Origin: a virus
IMG/VR virus record: IMGVR_UViG_3300042305_001986
Coordinates: 54,537 to 118,536 of that record
Length of the DNA stretch: 64,000 nt
Direction: 5' to 3' (one strand)
Below the pieces are notes generated by a model. The model was given only the letters and a program-made list of their open reading frames with translations. It did not search any database and was not told the origin of the DNA. This document shows, in pieces, positions 57,086 to 64,000 of the stretch (the first letter of the stretch is position 1; each line of letters starts with the position of its first letter). The position numbers were made by a program, and so were the translations under genes.

Positions 57086-57993
57086 ATTATGTTTTTTTGT
57101 GTATAATAATTTAACGCCTCTTTTTTACATTCATCATATGAAAATAAATTACCTTCTCTATCCAAATACATAAAAGGTCTACTATATGAATCGCCAGTTG
57201 CCCAATATCCATCACTTACATTATGTCTAGCCCAGTATTTAGGCGCAATAATAAAATCACTATTGGTGTTTAACCAAGCCGCCCACCATCCAAATGTGGA
57301 ATTAGATATAATTAAGTTTTTAGCTTGATTTACAACATAAAAATCAAATCCAATGTCTACGTGTAGTATGGGTATATCAAATGGCATGTATCTTTTTGCA
57401 GTACTTGGGTCGTCACTAATAACTAAAAATTTCATCTTAGGGTTTTTACCTTTCATAAGATTTATAGCATCTGACCAATATTTGGGGTTTAATATTACAT
57501 TCGGTATTGATCTATATTCTCCTCCTCTGAAATTAATTACACACAAATTTTCATCTATGGAAATATTCATAGATTGTAATTTTTTATCGTAATCAACTTT
57601 GAATTCTTCTTTTATTTTAAACCATTTTAGAATATCGTTTTTTCTATCTATCAAATAATCTTCTGATTGGTATAAACCACCTTCAGCACCATTGTACCCA
57701 ATTAGTCTTGTATTGTCATTTATTTCATAAACTCGTTTATCTAACATCGTTATATTAACATCGTCAACATGACGATAATGAATCCATTTTTCATGAAAAT
57801 TATTGAAATGTCCTTCAGGAAATTTTCCAAAATCCACATCCATAAAATACATTTGATTCATTCCTGCATGATAGTCGTGTGTTGGTGAAGGGTTGATCCC
57901 CCACTCGTAACCAAGTTTTTCAGCAATAACTCTACATACCGAATATTGCCACATATGGTTACCCAAGTTACCTGTTAAATTTGTTGTTATCAA
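57082..57993 (-). CDS. GT11-family glycosyltransferase
   Basis: GNLGNHMWQY, NFRGGEY, SNSTFGWWAAWL. Confidence 0.8.
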   Translation of the reverse strand: MITTNLTGNLGNHMWQYSVCRVIAEKLGYEWGINPSPTHDYHAGMNQMYFMDVDFGKFPEGHFNNFHEKWIHYRHVDDVNITMLDKRVYEINDNTRLIGYNGAEGGLYQSEDYLIDRKNDILKWFKIKEEFKVDYDKKLQSMNISIDENLCVINFRGGEYRSIPNVILNPKYWSDAINLMKGKNPKMKFLVISDDPSTAKRYMPFDIPILHVDIGFDFYVVNQAKNLIISNSTFGWWAAWLNTNSDFIIAPKYWARHNVSDGYWATGDSYSRPFMYLDREGNLFSYDECKKEALNYYTQKNII

Positions 57994-58059
57994 TTTTAAT
58001 TATTATTTGTAAAAATTTATTAAAAAAATTTTATATAGGTATCTTTATTACTTTGATTT

Positions 58060-58779
58060 TTAACTCACTTCATGTATTGGATATAAATTACTGTTAAAAA
58101 TATAACATTCTAAACGTTCAATATTCCAAGGGGCGTTTAGGTCCCTTTCCAAAATATGAATTATTTTTTCATAAAACTTTTTTTCACGTTTTTGTACACA
58201 TTCTTTAGTAATCGCAAAATGTCCACCTGGTACAAATTCATATCTATTTAGTGCGTGTGGGGAATTAAAAAGCTCCGTAAAAATAGTATTCACATTCACA
58301 TTATTTCCTAAATCATGTGGTGAACCATTAGAGTTACATACCAATACTCGACCACCATAATGATCTTTTGAGATTTCAAGATTCCACATTTTACCACCTA
58401 AGTTCGATATTAAAGGCCAATTGGGTACAAAATTAGGAGTATTAATCGAGTTGTAATGAAATCCATAATATCCATCGAATTTAACACAAGCATTCTCCTC
58501 CCATGTTTTTTTATTTATCACCTCTATTATATTTTCAAAATGATCAAAAGGGTAATCTTGAGAAAAAAAAGTTAAATCACTTAAATTTTCATAGTTTTTT
58601 ACTATGTGATAAAAAAAGGTATGAACATCTCTACCTATATTTTTTTCTATCATTATTTCAGAATCTGAAGTTTCAAATTCATTTCCCTTTCTGTAGATTG
58701 TTATTTTTGTTTTGTCATCTAACAAATTTAACCAATCCAAAGGTTTATCATATGCCGATATTACAATTTCTAAATTCAT
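58060..58779 (-). CDS. DUF3431-like protein
   Basis: NIGRD.HTF.YHIV.NY.NL...TFF.Q..PFDH, F.PGG.F. Confidence 0.7.
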   Translation of the reverse strand: MNLEIVISAYDKPLDWLNLLDDKTKITIYRKGNEFETSDSEIMIEKNIGRDVHTFFYHIVKNYENLSDLTFFSQDYPFDHFENIIEVINKKTWEENACVKFDGYYGFHYNSINTPNFVPNWPLISNLGGKMWNLEISKDHYGGRVLVCNSNGSPHDLGNNVNVNTIFTELFNSPHALNRYEFVPGGHFAITKECVQKREKKFYEKIIHILERDLNAPWNIERLECYIFNSNLYPIHEVS

Positions 58780-58795
58780 TCTGTTTATTTATTAA

Positions 58796-59548
58796 TTAAT
58801 AATAGTTATTGTTGTGAATGTAATAATTATCTCCCTTAAATATGCAATTACACACATCGTTCGAAACTTGGTAAGCAACCATTCTTTTTTCAAACGAATT
58901 ACCGCCATATTCAGGTCCTCTATATATTCTCTCAGATTCTGATTCAGGGATATTAAAATTTATTTTTTTCAGGGTGTCAACTGATCCCATAAACAATTGA
59001 TCGGTAAATCCGAATGTGTAATTAAAATTTTTTGATTCCTCATATTCTCTATCAAGTAATTTGAATGTATTAATGTTTTCCCATTCGCCAACTGTAAAAC
59101 CGTTTGAAAGCTTTCTATTGTTTTTTGTCCATCCGACCATAGTTATATTACATTTTTTGTTGTTTTTTAATTCCGTAATTGATTTCTCAAGATACTCATC
59201 ATTCAGGAAGATGTCTTTCATACAGTCGGTCGCAACATTCAAAAGATATTCAGTTTCAACATTATCGATAGTGACAAAATATGGTATTGTGTAAAGAAAT
59301 CCGTGGGTTTTATCAGTAATATTCAAATGATATTTGTCATTTAAATCATCGATTTTAATTTTTTCGACTTGAAAAAAACAATAGTCATTAAATTTTTCTT
59401 TCAATAATATATTATTTTCTTTAGAAAGGTTATTAATCGTGATTGTTTTTTTGGTTATAAAATGAGATTCAAATTTATGAAACCAAAAATTTTCATCCAG
59501 AATATCTCGAATATTTCCATCATAAATTATGGTATTAAGTGTAATCAT
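58796..59548 (-). CDS. Hypothetical protein in glycosylation operon
   Basis: 250-aa ORF coupled to neighbours. Confidence 0.6.
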   Translation of the reverse strand: MITLNTIIYDGNIRDILDENFWFHKFESHFITKKTITINNLSKENNILLKEKFNDYCFFQVEKIKIDDLNDKYHLNITDKTHGFLYTIPYFVTIDNVETEYLLNVATDCMKDIFLNDEYLEKSITELKNNKKCNITMVGWTKNNRKLSNGFTVGEWENINTFKLLDREYEESKNFNYTFGFTDQLFMGSVDTLKKINFNIPESESERIYRGPEYGGNSFEKRMVAYQVSNDVCNCIFKGDNYYIHNNNYY

Positions 59549-60198
59549 AGTAATTGATATCTTAAATTATGTTTACCATGAAAACCAAACGTCATTATTC
59601 CTAAACTTTCAGGGACATCATTTTCTATCGAAAATTTTACAGCAACATCGATGGGAGCAAAAACACAACCATTATTTTCATAAATAAATCTATTATGAAC
59701 ACAATAGAATCCATCTTCATTCCAAAACCCATGATAAGATTTCCAAGGTAAATTTAATTCACTAGCTAATGATAATAATTTTTTACTTCTAAAACTAAAA
59801 CCACCATTACCTACCCGTATCAGATTATCAAATGGATCACGATAGGATATTTTATCATTTAGTTTTGGTATTGGAAATGGAGCACCAATATAGTCGTAAT
59901 TAAAAAAATTATTATCCCACATCTGTGGATTAATTACAAAACCGTCCGATTGAATAATTAAAACGTAATCTGTTTTAATATATTTATATAATTCATAAAC
60001 AATAAAATGACTATACCCTATATAATCTAATTTAGGTATTTTAATGACTGAAATATCACTTATTTCCAATTCCTTATCTGTGAATAATATACTTGAATTG
60101 AATATTATTCCTTTTTTAGAATATTTTAAAGCTTTAATTGATTTATCAATATCAACAGAAGTAACACAAACCAATGTTACATTTGGTAATTCAACCAT
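59545..60198 (-). CDS. DUF5672-like glycosyltransferase-related protein
   Basis: Q.DGFV.NP, YDYIGAP, VGNGGFS.RS, NED, FGFH. Confidence 0.75.
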   Translation of the reverse strand: MVELPNVTLVCVTSVDIDKSIKALKYSKKGIIFNSSILFTDKELEISDISVIKIPKLDYIGYSHFIVYELYKYIKTDYVLIIQSDGFVINPQMWDNNFFNYDYIGAPFPIPKLNDKISYRDPFDNLIRVGNGGFSFRSKKLLSLASELNLPWKSYHGFWNEDGFYCVHNRFIYENNGCVFAPIDVAVKFSIENDVPESLGIMTFGFHGKHNLRYQLL

Positions 60199-60889
60199 AT
60201 TTTTTTTTCATTACTTGAAATTCTTTATTTTTGAGCTCGAAACCAATTGTATCTGTCAACCTATTACCCCATGTTCGATTTACTACTGTAATTTCATCTA
60301 AAACTTCAGGATTACCGTGTTTTATGTACATTCTTTGATAAAAATCACAATCCATTAACCAATTAAGATTTTCATCAAATAAAAAGACTTCTTCATTTTT
60401 TATCGTGAGACCGCTTGGACACCCCAAAGTATTATTACCTGTCCAAACAGTATTATTCCATTTTGGGGTGTATAAATTATAAAATGATTTTCCATCATTA
60501 CTATGATAAAATTTAGAAAAAAACCAAATTAAATTTTTTTTTTCATCTATAAATTTTTTTTGTTTTTCTAACGATATATTATCATATAAAAAATCGTCTT
60601 GAAATAATATTTTTATCCATTTTCCATTACATCTCTTGATTGCCTCATTAATATTTGGTGAGATGACACCTCTACCCCTAACATTAAATTCATGTTTTAT
60701 ATCAATCTTATTTGACCATTTATCACAAATTTCCTTTATAGTATTATCGATACTATGGTCGGATACAATAATTTCAAAGCCCTGAAAAGTCTGTAAATGT
60801 AATTTTTCAAGACTGAATTCTAAAAATTCCCCACCTTTACCATCGTAACCATAAGTAGGTATTGCTATTGAAAAAAATGGATTATTCAT
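60191..60889 (-). CDS. GT2-family glycosyltransferase
   Basis: SIAIPTY, EIIVSD, LFQDD, FDENL..LMDCD. Confidence 0.85.
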   Translation of the reverse strand: MNNPFFSIAIPTYGYDGKGGEFLEFSLEKLHLQTFQGFEIIVSDHSIDNTIKEICDKWSNKIDIKHEFNVRGRGVISPNINEAIKRCNGKWIKILFQDDFLYDNISLEKQKKFIDEKKNLIWFFSKFYHSNDGKSFYNLYTPKWNNTVWTGNNTLGCPSGLTIKNEEVFLFDENLNWLMDCDFYQRMYIKHGNPEVLDEITVVNRTWGNRLTDTIGFELKNKEFQVMKKKYG

Positions 60890-61559
60890 TTAAATCAGTT
60901 AATAATTTACTAATGTCAATTGACGTATTTTTGGGTATATTATTAGGTACAAAAGACTTACCAACATTAATAGTTTTTGAAGCTAATTCGAACATTGTCT
61001 TGGTTTCCGTACCAATATTATACAAACCACACAAACCTTTAGTAATAGATTTAATGATTAGATTGGCAATTACATCTACATAATCAAAATTACCTACTTG
61101 ATCAATCCAAGCGTTTTTATACGGAAATGGAGTCGGTTTGAAAGTACACCTTATTAGTAAATAATTTTTCGACCTGAGTTGTACTATAGCATCAGATACT
61201 AATTTTGTGTACCCATACCATGTATTACAATGAACAGGTACACTTTCTTCTGATGCGTTAGATTCAGAACCCGAATAAACATAGTCGGTAGAAATATGTA
61301 CAAGTTTTATGTTCTTATCATTACAATAATCAATTAACTTATCAACAAATTTTACATTAACATTCCAATGACTTTCTCTATCTTCTGAATATGTGTTGGT
61401 ATTTGCAATACAATTTATTATTATATCGTAATCTGAATTTATATATGATTTGAAATTATCAATATTAAAACTGTGGGACTTTCTGGAGAGAAAGTCCCAT
61501 CCAGTGATTTTAATCAATTCAGAACCCAATAATCCGTCACCTAAAATCAAAACTTTCAT
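60882..61559 (-). CDS. dTDP-4-dehydrorhamnose reductase-like (RmlD)
   Basis: G.GLLG, HISTDYVY.G, YGYTK. Confidence 0.8.
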   Translation of the reverse strand: MKVLILGDGLLGSELIKITGWDFLSRKSHSFNIDNFKSYINSDYDIIINCIANTNTYSEDRESHWNVNVKFVDKLIDYCNDKNIKLVHISTDYVYSGSESNASEESVPVHCNTWYGYTKLVSDAIVQLRSKNYLLIRCTFKPTPFPYKNAWIDQVGNFDYVDVIANLIIKSITKGLCGLYNIGTETKTMFELASKTINVGKSFVPNNIPKNTSIDISKLLTDLNE

Positions 61560-62701
61560 TGTGGTTCAAAAAACTCTTTTATTTTACCACACACATAATC
61601 AACATCATCAATAGTCATCCCATGATGTGCACCGAGCAAAAATCCGTTCTTCATTATAATATCTGAATTTTGAAACTCTTGTAAATATTTTCGATATACG
61701 GGGTGTCTAGTGACATTACCTGCGAAAGTAACTCTTGTTTGTATATTGTTATTTTCTAAAAAGGTTAACAATTCAAATCTTTTTTCTGTTTGTAATGGTA
61801 TTGCTAACCAATTTGGTTTGATAGAGTCATCGGGTAGAACTAAGTCCCCTACACCTTCCAAGTTTTCAAGATATCTTTCGAAATTATTTCTTCTAATTTG
61901 TGAGAATTTCTTAAATCTTTCCAATTGCACTAAACCAAACGCGGCATTCATTTCACACGCCTTCATATGATACCCTAATACTGAATATAAAAACTTGTGA
62001 TCATAAGGGATACCATCAACACTATGATTAAATCTATCATCTATTATTTCAGAATCATCACCCAAACGACCCCAGTCTCGGTATTGTAGACATTTACTTA
62101 CATGTTTTTCATCGTTGAACATCACCATACCACCAATACCTCCCGCGGTAATTACATGAGAAGCGTAAAAACTAGTGGTTGCAACATCTGTTTCAATAGT
62201 TTCTGTTAAGGTGTCTGCCGAATCTTCAATTAAATATATATCATTTCTACCCAATAATTTTAATTCAGTTTTTAATCTTTTCCAATCAGGTTTATTACCA
62301 ATTAAATTAGGTAACATTATAACCTTAACTTCCGGAGTTATTTTACTCAAAACTTCATCTATGTTTGCCACATAATCAGTCAAACCAACATCAACGAAAA
62401 CAGGTTCAAAACCTAATTGAATAATTGGCGACAAGGTGGTTGAAAATGTACATGCTGGTGTGATCACTTTAACTCCTTCTATTAAGTCTAAAGATGCTAA
62501 AGCCAATAAACACGCTGAAGAGCCTGAATTAACAAAAACACCAAATTTTTTACCAAATCGTTTTGCAATAGCTTTTTCAAATTCAACAGATTTAGGACCC
62601 TGTCCTCCAAGCCATCCACTCCGTAATGACTCTTCGACCGCTTTTATTTCTTCTTCTCCGTATGATTCAAATTTATACGGTGCATACCAAACTTTTTTCA
62701 T
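61556..62701 (-). CDS. DegT/DnrJ/EryC1/StrS PLP-dependent sugar aminotransferase/dehydrase
   Basis: VNSGSSA, PVFVDV, IEDSAD, SFYASHVIT (His at the catalytic Lys position, RfbH/ColD-like). Confidence 0.85.
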   Translation of the reverse strand: MKKVWYAPYKFESYGEEEIKAVEESLRSGWLGGQGPKSVEFEKAIAKRFGKKFGVFVNSGSSACLLALASLDLIEGVKVITPACTFSTTLSPIIQLGFEPVFVDVGLTDYVANIDEVLSKITPEVKVIMLPNLIGNKPDWKRLKTELKLLGRNDIYLIEDSADTLTETIETDVATTSFYASHVITAGGIGGMVMFNDEKHVSKCLQYRDWGRLGDDSEIIDDRFNHSVDGIPYDHKFLYSVLGYHMKACEMNAAFGLVQLERFKKFSQIRRNNFERYLENLEGVGDLVLPDDSIKPNWLAIPLQTEKRFELLTFLENNNIQTRVTFAGNVTRHPVYRKYLQEFQNSDIIMKNGFLLGAHHGMTIDDVDYVCGKIKEFFEPQ

Positions 62702-63420
62702 TTTCTATCTAATTTTTTATACGGTGATTTATTTCTTATTTTTACCGCAATTTCATTAACCAAAGACAAGTCTACTTTATGATCATTAATAGGATTTTGT
62801 TCATTATAAATATAATTTATATCTTCCATAAAAACATAATGTTCTTCTCCCGACATTTCGATCATGGGATACATAAATGATAAATCACCTGTCATTTTCC
62901 AATATACACCTTCTTCATCTTTCAAATCCAATATATCAATATTTCTCCAAAGAAATGCCCTCCATGTTCTTATATGTGATGCGGTAAATCTTTGATTTCT
63001 GATCGATTCAAAATTTGTTTGTTTTTGTGAGAACCCATCTAAACCTGATGAATATTTGAATCTTCCATTCGCAATCCATACATTATCGTTAGAATAAACA
63101 TTATTAATTCTTTCTAATGTTTTAGAATCAGGTAACCAATCATCACCATCAACCTCAACACAGATTTCATTATCATCAATCAACGGATTACTTCTTATCA
63201 CTTGATCATAGTTTCCAGGTTGGTAATATTTTTGTTTATTTTCAATAAGAATAAATCTATCGTCATTACTTATAGTTTTTTTAACAATATTTACACTATT
63301 ATCGGTAGACATATCATCAGTGATGTAACATTTGAAATCTTTAAATGTCTGATTTTTAATCGAATAAATACACTTCTCTATGTAGTCTTGAGAATTATAT
63401 AATGTAGTTAATATTACCAT
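62698..63420 (-). CDS. GT2-family glycosyltransferase
   Basis: YN...YIEKCI.SI..Q, DDMSTD, VDGDDWL. Confidence 0.85.
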   Translation of the reverse strand: MVILTTLYNSQDYIEKCIYSIKNQTFKDFKCYITDDMSTDNSVNIVKKTISNDDRFILIENKQKYYQPGNYDQVIRSNPLIDDNEICVEVDGDDWLPDSKTLERINNVYSNDNVWIANGRFKYSSGLDGFSQKQTNFESIRNQRFTASHIRTWRAFLWRNIDILDLKDEEGVYWKMTGDLSFMYPMIEMSGEEHYVFMEDINYIYNEQNPINDHKVDLSLVNEIAVKIRNKSPYKKLDRK

Positions 63421-63421
63421 T

Positions 63422-64000
63422 TTATAAACCTAATATTTTTTTCCAATTTTTAAATATTTCATCATTAGATAATGATTTTGCATCATTATCTATGTTAGAA
63501 TTTCCGTTAAACTTTGTTCCTGTCATTTCACATTCATCCTTCACCAAGGATGCGACTTCACTTAGAGAAGACTGGTAGACACATTCTATCATGGAATACA
63601 TTTTTGATTTATCATTAATAAAACCATATTCAATAACTGTTTTACCATCGATCAAAGGTTTTACATAACTTTCATAATAGTTTACATCCGTAACACCACC
63701 AAAAAGAATTACTTTCTTGTATCCATCACTTAGTGCTCTTTCAATAGATATATGAGTTTGTTTATTATAATCAATAGAACCAATTATACCTGCAACACCA
63801 ATGCTTTCATCTGATTTAACAACTTCAAAATAGTCTGAAAAGTTAGGTATGATTGAGTATTCACCATTGTATCCACTATGATAATCTCGTTGTTTTTTAT
63901 TTAAAAAGACAACTTCATCCCAATATCTATCTAATTTAGAAATCTCAAAAATATTTTTTTCGTGACAAGAAAGTACGACTTTCTTTACATTAGGTCTTTG
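63422..64000 (-). CDS. Glycosyltransferase-like protein (GT4-like), 5' end beyond window
   Basis: Frame open to window end: LSCHEK...IIPN...GIIGSID.NKQ...SSLSE.ASLVKDEC. Confidence 0.55.
   Translation of the reverse strand, partial: QRPNVKKVVLSCHEKNIFEISKLDRYWDEVVFLNKKQRDYHSGYNGEYSIIPNFSDYFEVVKSDESIGVAGIIGSIDYNKQTHISIERALSDGYKKVILFGGVTDVNYYESYVKPLIDGKTVIEYGFINDKSKMYSMIECVYQSSLSEVASLVKDECEMTGTKFNGNSNIDNDAKSLSNDEIFKNWKKILGL

Noticed and set aside
1-64000. Stop-codon reassignment
   Set aside because: Recognisable genes are full length in the standard code; no clear CTA/TTA/TCA suppressor tRNA.

Overview
AT-rich, gene-dense segment of a large (jumbo-type) tailed phage, most likely infecting Bacteroidetes: it has TAnnTTTG host-sigma promoters, a tmRNA with a GE-starting tag, and T9SS-type C-terminal sorting domains. 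Genes read in the standard code. Contents: (i) late, TATTTAT-preceded virion-type genes, many sharing an N-terminal 'EIxRIK..M / RKIL.E' peptide; (ii) a proteostasis block (UVR-motif protein, N-terminally truncated ClpC, M20/M28 peptidase, tmRNA); (iii) an expanded block of secreted CAP-like proteins and lipoproteins interleaved with OmpA-like late proteins; (iv) 17 canonical or near-canonical tRNA genes plus three non-canonical tRNA-like RNAs and other structured RNAs, interleaved with TilS, RNA-repair-type enzymes and homing endonucleases; (v) lysis genes, DHFR and RmlC; (vi) T9SS-type cargo proteins; (vii) a glycosylation operon. The strongest novel signal is an unannotated 27-codon leader ORF (17624-17707) with terminator/antiterminator architecture directly upstream of the Gly-Trp-Cys-Gln-Glu-Asp tRNA cluster. 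Its central codons spell G-C-D-W-Q-Q-E, which suggests a tRNA-sensing attenuator controlling phage tRNA supply. All calls come from reading the sequence by eye; no searches or folding programs were run.
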